From NCBI GenBank assembly GCA_951406725.2, contig OX597824.1, positions 64,418,001 to 64,482,000 of the forward strand: DNA of 64,000 nucleotides, in the 5' to 3' direction. Of this stretch, positions 53,400 through 64,000 are shown piece after piece. Both the position numbers and the translations under genes were made by a program. Position 1 is the stretch's first letter, and every line of letters starts with the position of its first letter. The notes beneath the pieces were generated by a model. The model had not been told where the DNA came from. It saw only the letters and a program-made list of their open reading frames with translations, and searched no databases. This DNA comes from Octopus vulgaris (lineage: Eukaryota).

Positions 53400-54170
53400 G
53401 TGCAACATAAGATTCATTCCTCCAAATTTGAATGAGAAATTCAAAAGTATGTGGATTCCATGAATGATTTCACAAATGTTCAATATGCGCAGCACCTGAG
53501 ACACAGCATACGTCAAGTCGGTAGTCCAACTCCTCCCAAACACGCAGCATGTCTTGAGTAACGTTCTCCAGTGTGGTAGTGATTCTCTGCTCAAGTTCTT
53601 CTTGGTTTACAGGAAGAGGTGGGGACATAGACTAGGCCCTTCACATAGCCCCATGTTGGTGCTTTTGCTTGTCATCTGTTGTTATGGCCTGAACGAGCTG
53701 CAGCTTGTAGGGTTTTATTAACAAGCATTTCCTCAGGACGCGTCAAACTGTCGTTGGAGGAATTTGGGTTTCCAGATTTGTTCTTCTTATGGACTACTTG
53801 GGGCTTCGCAAGAGTTTTTGCTAAACCCATTCGACCGTCTCATCCGATGTTAGTGGTTGTCCAAATCCTTTTGCCCTACACAGCCTTCCTCTTTGAATTT
53901 TTTGTGCCATGTCCAAATCTGCATTGCCATTGGTGACTTTTTAGCAAGTTCTCTCACAAATGCACACTGCACAGTCTTGTTCGACTGTGTTCCAGCATAC
54001 TCCAACACACAAAACACTTTTTCTCTTCCAGTGAATGCCATTTCTATACCTGGAAAGATAAACATATCAAACATTAAACATAAAATTTTGACCTGTTTCT
54101 ACACATGCTGTTAAAATTTGAAGTCATTTGAACAAGAACTGGCAAAGTTATTAGATTGCAAAATATCAAA
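53400..54170 (-). mobile_element. Internally deleted Tc1/mariner element (DUF4817-like HTH N-terminus)
   Basis: MAFTGREKVFCVLEYAGTQSNKTVQCAFVRE...QIWTWHKKFKEEGC plus a C-terminal remnant near 53500-53650. Confidence 0.7.
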
Positions 54171-54187
54171 TTTTTTTAAACACTTTT

Positions 54188-54229
<42 letters not shown>

Positions 54230-54368
54230 TGCGTGCGTGTAGACAAAGGAATGAAGATAATGGTACTACATTCTGTAATCAATCAAGATGATGGGTTATA
54301 CATACAAATTATTTTTCTGTCATTTACAAAGTTAATTAATTATTCCCAAGCCAAGTTAAATTAACCAG

Positions 54369-54699
54369 GGTACTACTAGCGAACAGTGGTCCCGGTGCGC
54401 GCACTCGCGCTAGTCGTAAGCAGTCGATGCTACAACTAAGTAAATAAATTATTTTTTATAAACAAACTAAGGTTAGGGTTAGGGTTTAAATTTTTTTTTT
54501 TATTATTATTTACTTTGTGTTCGCTAATAGTACCTATACATTGGTTTTTAAAAAAAAACCATTTTCTTTGATATGTATTCAGCCTTGAAATACAATCATG
54601 TATCGCATACGCGCAAGTTGTCGTAGGATCTATTACTTACGACTAGCTAGCGCGGATGCGCGAGTTAGCGCACCGGGACCACTGTTCGCTACTAGTACC
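54369..54699. mobile_element. Merlin-like MITE, 32-bp TIRs, 9-bp TSD
   Basis: TIR GGTACTACTAGCGAACAGTGGTCCCGGTGCGC (1 mismatch between ends); TSD ATTAACCAG at 54360-54368 and 54700-54708. Confidence 0.9.
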
Positions 54700-55057
54700 A
54701 TTAACCAGCTGGTGAGAAACAACGTCTGTTGAGTCTCACAAGTTGCCTATTGAAGGCAATGTTTACTCAATCTGCATCGTTATTATTTCCCCAAATTTTA
54801 GATTAGTTGATATTTCCCTTGGTTTACATTTTGAATATTCCAACCACTTAAAGTGTTTGAAATTTTCACCAGATCGAAGTTCTCAACTATAACTATTATT
54901 ACATACGAAACACAGCCCTGACTACTAAACTTAATTTCATAATATTCGAAGTATACCGCCATAATTATCTCCCTTGTCTTACACCGTTCTTTTGCGTCGC
55001 GGATAAATCAAATTTGTATTTTTGCAAATTTGTGGTGTCCGTTTGTTGGATCTCAAT

Positions 55058-55894
55058 ATGAAAATTGACACGTACAAGAAAATCGTTGCAAAATTGAAAC
55101 ATGTTCGACGCCGGGATGAATTACCAGAATTATGTAGTGAATTTCCAAATGTGAGTATTGCTACTATGGGTAGTATATATTCACAAGAGAACCAGAAGAA
55201 ACTACGGCGTACCCACCACTATCATTACAATCCCAAACAGACAGCAGTATACTACAAGAAGTTTCTGGCCGCTCGTGATAGACAGGAAAAACATATCTTG
55301 TATCGAATGTCAGAAGAAGCAGATTTTTCACCATCGCAATTAGCTAGAATTGTTTTGGAAGAGCATCTCATGGTAACTCTCGACAAGGACCATATTCCAA
55401 AAGTAACTCTTTCTAAATATTTGAAATCTCCTTTGACAATTGATGATCACGTATTGTCAGCTGAAGTATTGGAATGTATAGCCGTCGACGATCATTACGG
55501 TCCCTTTACGGATTGTATCAAACATGCTATTGGCTACGAATATGAATTCGAGTTGAAAAAAACCTTGGAATCTCTCAGTCTACCTTACATCGGCGAGGAG
55601 GTGATGAGAGAGAAAGGTTATGATAAAACCCCTGACATTAAGTTAGAGATACCTATTGCAGTGGACGGATATATTGTTAACTGGATCGAAAGTAAAGCAT
55701 CATTTGGTGATGAGTTTAACCATGAGATATATCTACGAGAACAGTACTGGAGCTACTGGAACCGATTTGGAGCTGGTATGGTTATTTATTGGTTTGGTTT
55801 TATTGATGAACTTGATGTAAATAAGGAAAAGGGAATCATTCTTAAAGATAGCTTCCCACAAAATATTGTTTTCTTCGATCCCACTGGTGACTAA
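55058..55894 (+). CDS. CDIN1: CDAN1-interacting nuclease 1 (C15orf41 homolog), single coding exon, 278 aa
   Basis: The first ATG in the ORF is at 55058 (the ORF track starts at a TTG). Motifs SIYSQENQK, YGPFTDCIKHAIGYEYE, KGYDKTPD...VNWIESKASFGDE, QYWSYWNRFGAGMVIYWFGFIDELD match the C15orf41 family (PD-(D/E)xK fold). Confidence 0.95.
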   Translation: MKIDTYKKIVAKLKHVRRRDELPELCSEFPNVSIATMGSIYSQENQKKLRRTHHYHYNPKQTAVYYKKFLAARDRQEKHILYRMSEEADFSPSQLARIVLEEHLMVTLDKDHIPKVTLSKYLKSPLTIDDHVLSAEVLECIAVDDHYGPFTDCIKHAIGYEYEFELKKTLESLSLPYIGEEVMREKGYDKTPDIKLEIPIAVDGYIVNWIESKASFGDEFNHEIYLREQYWSYWNRFGAGMVIYWFGFIDELDVNKEKGIILKDSFPQNIVFFDPTGD

Positions 55895-58800
55895 AGAAGT
55901 ACAATGCTAAAACAAATGAAGTTTGTGTACAAAACAAGGGCATGCAGTGTACAAAGTCTGCTGCATGTTGAACTATTCATGTACAGTATATCGTCTAGCT
56001 CCCTCTACATTTTGAGATCAATCCCCCTGCGCAGATAGCTTTACCTCCCATCCCATTTCAATAAGTTCCGTCTTAATAATTAGCCTTGCATGTATGCAAG
56101 AAACCATACCGTGCATGTATGTACATATACATAGGCGGACAATCCCCGTGCAAACGGAAAAATTCTAACTTGGTGCTTCCTAAGTCCGACGTCCACCCAT
56201 ATATATATATATATGTGTGTGTGTGCGTGTACATTGTACAGTGGTTTTTTGGGGGTGGGGAGGTCGGTACTTTTTCACCTTTAAGGCCCCTCAAAGTGAA
56301 ACAGTTTTATCACCTTCATTAGCTGGCTTATAAAATGAAAGTTTTCTGAACTGGAGGATCACTTGAATTAATTTATTCTCGCCTCTTTCCTGTCAGTTAT
56401 ATTATCCACAGTTCTACTTTCAGTACACATTTATGCGTGTCCTGCTAGAGACCTACAGCAAAATAAAAAATATTTTTTCTCACTTTGAAAAAACAACCGC
56501 ACCTACGACTAAATGATTGTTCTCTATTAACGATAAAGCGATCTCACGGGAAAAGAAAAAATAAATAAATGAAACTATTTGAGACAAGCACTTAGTAAAA
56601 TAGCAAACAGGATCTCTGATTGAACGTTCACTACTGGATGGATGGTGAAAACATACTGTGGATAAAACAGGCAGGTAAATGAGGAGTGAATTATTTCATA
56701 ATAAAGGTTTCCTACATTTGCACAAAATTACAAAATTGTAGGAGAAAATGAACCACCCAAGTATATTAAAACGAGAGATTGACAGCATACAGAGATAATT
56801 AGTTTTTTATTTTTTTTTTTACAATTGTTTCATTTTCAGGAAATCCTGGAAACGAAATAGCCCTTCCTATTTTATGAACTGAAAAAATTTTCTTTTCAGA
56901 AAACAGAACAATATAATCTCCCAAAGCAAAACTTGATATTTAAAAAAAAAATTGATAACATTATTAAAACATATTTAAACAAAAATTGCTGTGGTATTCT
57001 TAAATCAAGTATACAAAAAAATATTTTTTTAAATTTACCATTTAACTATTTGCTAACAATCAAATAGTTTGTTGCATCGTCTACAATCAAAGGTATTCCA
57101 GCGGTAATCTCCTTGATTTCTTTGGGGGCGGGGGTTCTTTTCAGATGTGGTGTGTTTAGAACATCAGTTGATGTGGCCTTTTTTTTTTTTTTTTAAATAG
57201 CATGATTTGAATGAGATTTGTCTGATATTTCTAGCAAGTCGAATGACTACGTAGAACCTTCCTTGTTGATTACTTTAAATATTCCATTTGATCCATGAAT
57301 GATTAAAAGCATTCCTGCCAAACAGCCTTTCCCCTTTCCAGGTACACCCAGTATCACATCTAAAATGCCCTCCTGTTTTTTTTAAGGTTTGTGGGAGATG
57401 TGGCTGCTAATTCTAGTTGGTCTACCTACCACATACCGTTTCATCCTTCCTTAGGGTATTCCAGTGTTTTGTTATTGTTTAGTCTCAAATCGACACTGAT
57501 TAAGCAGACCTGTGATCAAAAGCATTACAACTGAGATCATTCAATCTTATGGTACAACTCTACTGTTAGCGTCCAGAGAAAAAACTCGAAGGAAGTAATC
57601 ACGGCTAAACCTTTTTTCAAAGCTATCGGAATCAGATATTTTCTTCACTCAGGTCTCTAAGCTTGGAAACAATAGATAAAAATAGTTTACATACATAAAT
57701 CATAAATGTTGTTTATTCAATTCTATTGGATACCAATTAAAAATATACTTACATAAATTGATTCCAGCATCATTTTTATGTTCACATAAGTTTATCTGAT
57801 TTGATTATTGTTCACACATCTAATTATCAATCGAGTTTGTTTTATTCAAGCATAAACCAATGTTATTTCTCACTCACATCTACTCATCCCGTTGGCCACA
57901 CAAGATCTGATTAAAAACAAATCCAAAGAATTCCACAGTTCAATTACATTGATTGCACTAGTGATATGCCTCAGGTAGTCAGAAAAATCTGCTTAGCTTA
58001 ATGATTTTGTCATGCTATTTACACCCACATCATCTAGTCAATCTCTTTCACCATCATTGCATTCTGGAGAAGATAGCTTTGCACGTCTTTAATTCCTCTT
58101 CACCTACAGCATTTACAGGTAGAAATAAGATTCTTGACACCTGTTAATCTCCAATCTGTATCAAGTCACCTTATTCACTTTTTGTTCTCATCATTCCTGA
58201 CTTTTTTTCAACTGAGTATCCTCCTCAACCTCTGTGAATGTTAAGTCGCTGCTTCATTGTGGCCTCTGTACTTGTACAAACAGCATTTGAAGTAAGTAAA
58301 ATGCCACTTGCATCACAGGAACTGTGATTTTGCCTGCACAAAAGAACTATCATTATCACTAATCACCAAAGTTCTACAAAGATGATTAATATAAAAAACG
58401 AAATAATTAAAAAAAATAGGAACAATATACCCACTTAGAAGAACAAGCTATTAAAAAAAATGAAATTGTCATTTACCAAACAAATTGCAAGTTTTGGTCA
58501 AATTATACTCTCTAGCTATGCCTATCTGATTCATAAAGATTGTTTCTTTTCTTGCTTGTCTCTTTTCACATATATGACAATGAGGCCAGTACACTCATGT
58601 TTACCCAGAAACAACAATTTGAATTAGTCAAAGCTTAACCAACAATTTGGGCAAATAAGTAAAGTAATAGATTCAAGTATCAACCAGTGTCTAAACCTGC
58701 AAGAAATCAATGACTGCCAAATTCAGTAAATATGACACAACAGATGCAGTCTGTCTTCTATCTTTCTACTTTTGTCCTGTGTAGTGTTGAGTCCTCCAGT

Positions 58801-59362
58801 CAGGAAGGTAATCACTTTCTTTCCAGTGGAGTCTGGTCCTGGAAGTGATGGTCTTTACTCCCCAACATCTTAAAGATGGCATCTCTCTATCTACTGGTGA
58901 CTGGACTTCGACGTTTGGAATGTAACAAGCAGTTCGTGATCTAATTTGCTTCTGAGAGTTATCTCCCCTATATGCCATGCGTTCTTGAAATAGATGTTTG
59001 TTTTAAAAAACGAAATATTCCCAGCTACATTAAATAGATTCTCTTGAACAAACTACATTATGAGGAAAACTAGGTCACATTACATTGTTAATTGGCAGAT
59101 ATTTGAGTTATAAGCCAATGGTTAAATAGGGTAAAATTCTGAAAACAAGGAAACTGGTGATTCACATGAACAGTAATGAGTCTATATGAGAATTTAGTCA
59201 AAATGGGATAATCTAAATAATGGACCCTTGTTTTTGTTAACAATAGTTAAATAGTGAGTGCATCTAGATTTTTATAACCGACAACAAATTATTAATATAT
59301 TTTAATTGTAAACCAATGATAACGTGGTGTACAGGGTCCTAACTTTGTTAATGATATATTCT

Positions 59363-59489
59363 GCCAAAGTCGACTTTGCCTTTCATTCTTTCGGGATCGA
59401 TAAATTAAATACCAGTTGCGTAGTGGGGTCGATCTAATCGACTGGCTCCCTCCCCAAAAATTTCGGGCATTGAGCCTAGAGTAGAAAAG
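59363..59489 (+). mobile_element. 5'-truncated SINE-A with 10-bp TSD
   Basis: TSD gatatattct at 59353-59362 and 59490-59499; inserted in a degenerate tandem repeat (59260-59640). Confidence 0.85.
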
Positions 59490-60814
59490 GATATATTCTA
59501 ACTGTAAACCAATTTATAATAGGGCTAACTGGTTTACAAGTCATAACTTTATAATAATGATATATGACAATATAGTGAGCTGGCTTACAGGGTCACAACC
59601 TTGTTAATGATGTATTCTAACTGTAAACCAAAGATGATATAAAGAGCTTGTTTAGTAAATAGAAAAACACATTGACTCATATAAGAACTCAACAATAAAT
59701 TTATTGGCTTCTTCTGAAAGACATTTTCTTTCAAAGTTGCTTTTCAACAGGCATGAAAGAAAACCCCCCACATTTTTAGTTCTTTACTTGAGGAACCAAG
59801 AGAGTAGCATCGCAGAACAGTGACATATTTGAAGTTATTCCCAATAAAGTTTGAATTGGTAGAAACAGTTTTAAAAATTTCAATACAAACATTTACATTA
59901 ACTTATAATGAATTTTACCTATACAGAAGACCTATCATTATCACTAATTACATAAAAATAACAGAAGAAAAAACAGTTCTAAAAATATGATTAATATTTT
60001 TTTTTAAATGAAATTAACAAAAAAAGTACCCCACTTACAAAAAAAAAATTTTTTAAATGAAATTGCCAGTTACCAAACTGATCACAAGTTTAGGTCAAAT
60101 TGTATTCCATAAAGAACAGAACATTTTTTTGAAATTTCTAGTTCTTTTATGAAGCAGTTTTGTCCCCTTTACAGGTATTGATGTAACAATAACAACAAAA
60201 ATACCTTTGTATTTTATCTTGTATTTTTTTACCCTCAGATAAAAAAAAAATGATTTAATTTATTATTGTTTTTAAATAACCAAATTATAGTTTGTTTTCT
60301 TAAGAAAATAAATATTTTTTTAGTTAATAAACAGACTGAGATTGTGTGTGTGAAGGGAGAGAAATAAAACAAAAATGTGCCTTGTTTTCTGAGATTTTTT
60401 TTTCTCACTTAATACATTTCCATAAAATTATCTCCAGAATACAATACTGTCACAACCACTGTGACACCCCTGTTTTGTGAAAAAAAAAAAAAAAAAGTGA
60501 TGCTTTGCAAAGTTGCAAAACTCTGTTCCACCATTTGATAGCAAATGAACTCCCTTAAAGTGAAGGATTGAAAATGTAAAAAACAAAACAAAACAAATAA
60601 ATGAGAATTTCCTTCTTTCCTTAACTTATTTGATTTATTCCTTATTAATAATACACCCCTCAGACTGATACCAGTCATACCCTGGGTATTATCAATCTAC
60701 AACATACTTTTATATATTTCCTTCAGAATGGTAGTATTCTTCCCAGACAACTTTATTGTGGAGACTTGACTGGACTGGAAGAGGGGGTAGAGCAAGACAA
60801 AAAGGAGTGAAGTT

Positions 60815-60958
60815 TCAAGAAGCTGGCTTGGGAGTTAGTGCTGATGACGATGATGATGATGGATTTGGGTTTGTCATGGCTATTCTTGCCTCTTCACAAA
60901 GTGCTGACAGTTGAGTGCATCCATGCAGTGTTTTACTATCAAAGCCGAACGATTCCAC
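60815..60958 (-). CDS. COG2: COG2 last coding exon
   Basis: ttcaattcag|VESFGFDSKTLHGCTQLSALCEEARIAMTNPNPSSSSSSALTPKPAS*; phase 0 matches the previous exon; length fits the COG2 tail. Confidence 0.8.
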   Translation of the reverse strand: MESFGFDSKTLHGCTQLSALCEEARIAMTNPNPSSSSSSALTPKPAS

Positions 60959-61948
60959 CTGAATTGAAAATGTTTGGAATATATTATTGTAATATGATGG
61001 TTAGAATATCATGTAAGTGTAGCATGTAATTTGGAAAATGCGACAGTGAGATGGTTAGGATAATTGTATTACAAGGTAAAACGTTGAAGCCTATATGAAG
61101 TGTTTTGGTATCAACACTACAAAAGAAAAGAGTCTTACACAATATGGCACAATAGCATCACAGAGCGTTCTGCCTCAACATGTTTAAGGAGCTAAATGAG
61201 GTAATTTGACTCGCTAAAAACAACAGCCAATGATTAATGATGACAGAGTGGTGGTGCTGCTGTTGCAGTTGATGTAGTAATTTCATACTGGAATTTGTAC
61301 AGATGAGAGATATAGTAAACTGAATCGATATCAGTATATTATTGGTATTTTATCAATGGAACAAAGATAAAAAAGAAAAGTCAACACTATTAAGATTTGA
61401 ACTTAAAACAAACACCACTAAATATCTGAAAAGGCTCTCAGTCCACCACTTTACTGCTGTGATTCCCATAAGCTCAAAGTAATCACTCCAACTGGAGTAA
61501 AAACTGCTATTTGACTGGGTTAATACTAATGGTGAAATAAGGGGAGGCTTTACCCTACCATGACGCAATCATGAAAGGGAACAGGCTCCAAATGCAAAAA
61601 CAGAAACTAAAACCATTTGCATACTGTACCAGAAATACAGGCAGTGAACAGAAAAGTACAAACCATTAGTCTGGAGGAAAAGCATTACCCATGATTTTTT
61701 ACAAGGTCTCAAAGATTGGTGGGAAGAAGAGAGGAATGTATCCTCAAACCTGACATCTGACCAAAATGCTCACAATAAGGCAGACTTTGTTAAAGGCACC
61801 TTAAGTGCAAGGTGGTGGTGTTTAACTGAGTGACTGGTTATATCTATGACCAATTTTAGATTTGACAGAATTTTAATTCAGAACACAAAGACCTGGAATA
61901 AATTCAGAAAGGTACCTGGTTCCACCAGTAAACTGCTTTGGGTTGACA

Positions 61949-61987
<39 letters not shown>

Positions 61988-62865
61988 TACATTTGTTTCA
62001 GTTAATTTTGAAAATAATGAAGAATTTAGTAAATTGACTTTGTCATAATTAAGCTGATGCTTGGGACATAATGTGAAATTTTAGTGGAAGGTTTTAATTT
62101 AGGTAACACTAAAAAAAAGGAAGAAAGAGCAGTCTCAGGTGATTTGATATCAAAAAGGTTAAACAGATGTCAGAACAATCTTCACAAGGGACTTGGTTAA
62201 TAACCAGATCCATCCTACACATTATAACAGTTAAGATTAATTTCTTTTGAATGGGTACAAGGCCAAACATTTAGGGAAAATAATGAGGTTCATTAAATTA
62301 TTCTGTATATTATGGCATTTTATATCATTGTCCCTAGAGAAATTAGAGGATGAGTTAACTGTGACAAGAGTTGAACTCATAACTGAGAAGTATACATATA
62401 AATTCTCTAATTCATATAACCCAATACACTGCTGTCACAGCCAGTTCTCACATCCAAACAATAATGATTTCTCAATCAGCACAACACCACCAATTTGCAG
62501 AAGGAGCTTTAGTTAATTGTTTTTCATTTAATATATGAAGCAGGGAAGACAGCATTTGTTACCTATTTTATGGCCTCTGAGACTGATACCACAACTCCTA
62601 ATTTGCTGCAGTAGGAAGCAATGCATCAAAGTAGCCTCCTCAGACTGGAAACCTGGTCTAAATTCTTGCAATATACACGGTTCCACTAAAGTTACCCAAG
62701 TGGTGGTGTTGAAACAGACAAATGTTTAAATCTAGCATGAAGTAAATAATTAGTCTCTTTTATTTTGTAACCTCTTCATTCAACCATAGAGGGATCAAAA
62801 ACAAGACTCAAACGTCCATCCTACCCCCACCCAATAAAACAACAACAACAAAAAGCAAAATTTAC

Positions 62866-63037
62866 CTGTTGTGCATAGTGTTCAATGTCAATGATCAACT
62901 GCTGACGAATCTTGTCATCATCTGTCATACCTGGGAGACCAGTGCTCACACCTGTCCCACGAGCTTTCTTTAATCGCTTCAGGCTGTCTTCCATTTTCTT
63001 CACTGACGTCAATACATCTGATGTTGATGTGTAATAC
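62866..63037 (-). CDS. COG2: COG2 penultimate coding exon
   Basis: tgtag|G YYTSTSDVLTSVKKMEDSLKRLKKARG...MTDDDKIRQQLIIDIEHYAQQ|gtaaat, the conserved COG2 C-terminal motif; upstream exons lie beyond the window. Confidence 0.92.
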
Positions 63038-63119
63038 CTACAGGGAAAATTAATTACCAAGAAGTATTCAGTTAGTAACATCATTTGACGATGAACATGG
63101 ATGAGAAATAGCTATAGAG

Positions 63120-63400
63120 CAGGGGCTCTAAACCATTTTTTATCTATGGACCCTTTGATTACTATTTTATTCTGGTAGATCCCCATAGCCATTCAATGCT
63201 TAAAAACTAGCTTTATAGAAACTTGCGTAAGTTGAACTATGGAAAATGTTAGAGAAAGAAACCTAGCTGTTTCTAGCAATACATATATCTAAAGCAAAAT
63301 TTTTTCAGGGGCCCTTAAAATACTATTGTGGATGTCCAATTTACTATTTTGTTGCATGGACTCCCAAAAATCTTATATGGACCCCAGTTGAGAATCACTG
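63120..63400. mobile_element. hAT (Charlie/MER5-like) MITE
   Basis: CAGGGG...AACC / GTTGAGAATCACTG termini; 8-bp TSD ctatagag at 63112-63119 and 63401-63408. Confidence 0.88.
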
Positions 63401-64000
63401 CTATAGAGGAATAATCAAGCAATTTTGATAACATAGTATCACCTTCAGTTTCACTGTGCAGCACTTAGAGCATTTCTTCTCTTATAGCCATGAACCAACC
63501 TGTTGCATGCATATATATGTTATCATCATCATTTTAACATCTATATTTCCATGTTTGCATGGCTCATACATAATCACTGAGCCAGATTTTCTATGGCTTG
63601 ATGCCCTTCCTATCGCCAACTCCCACCTGTTTCCAAGCAAGATAACATTTCCCCATGGCCAGACAAAGGATGCTGCCTTTATGATGATAACATTCATTTG
63701 CAATCATTGTATGATATCAAGACGAGACACACACATACACGAATCCAATTCACATCAATCTTGCAATCAGAGGCACACAGAGCTAAGCTTAGTGCTACAA
63801 GTGAGAAAACATTACCAAAATCTGAGCAATAATGGTTGCTTTTGACCAGATACAAAGTTAATTTTTGTAAAGTGGAGGCACAACATAGTAGTGTTTTCTA
63901 CTGTAACCCCAGGCCAACTAAACTTTGTAATAGATTTGTTAGAAAGAAGTTGATCTTATAAATGTGTGTGCTTCTCTCCTTGTATTGACATCACATGATA

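Noticed and set aside
54471-54487. Interstitial telomere
   Set aside because: Only about 2.5 TTAGGG units, internal to a MITE
55022-55057. N-terminal extension of CDIN1 in the ORF track
   Set aside because: Starts at TTG; homology begins at the ATG at 55058
46591-55058. Bidirectional ACAA2/CDIN1 promoter
   Set aside because: The starts are ~8.5 kb apart and separated by several TEs
56368-56697. Imperfect inverted repeat (ttatccacagt / actgtggataa)
   Set aside because: Likely an old MITE, but termini and TSD could not be defined

Overview
AT-rich, microsatellite- and SINE-dense eukaryotic DNA; the repeat landscape suggests an octopus or related coleoid cephalopod (inference). Three protein-coding genes are supported. 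(1) A complete 11-exon mitochondrial 3-ketoacyl-CoA thiolase, ACAA2 (- strand, 46591->19098). Its 1197-nt CDS (398 aa) was assembled by hand with phase-consistent GT-AG junctions. (2) An intronless CDIN1/C15orf41 nuclease-fold gene (+, 55058-55894). (3) The last two coding exons of COG2 (-). The rest is mobile DNA: R4/Dong-, Tx1-, RTE-, CR1- and Penelope(Naiad)-type retroelement fragments, several modular tRNA-derived SINE families, Tc1/mariner, hAT and Merlin-like DNA elements, and two minisatellites. The most interesting signals are an intact minimal hammerhead ribozyme with several decayed relatives, a repeated tRNA-like-head + hammerhead unit (retrozyme-like), an RT-less Naiad GIY-YIG ORF, a perfect DR1 plus an HNF4-type motif in ACAA2 intron 1, a young Merlin-like MITE just upstream of CDIN1, and a templated inverted duplication. 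Repeat boundaries are approximate unless a TSD is given.
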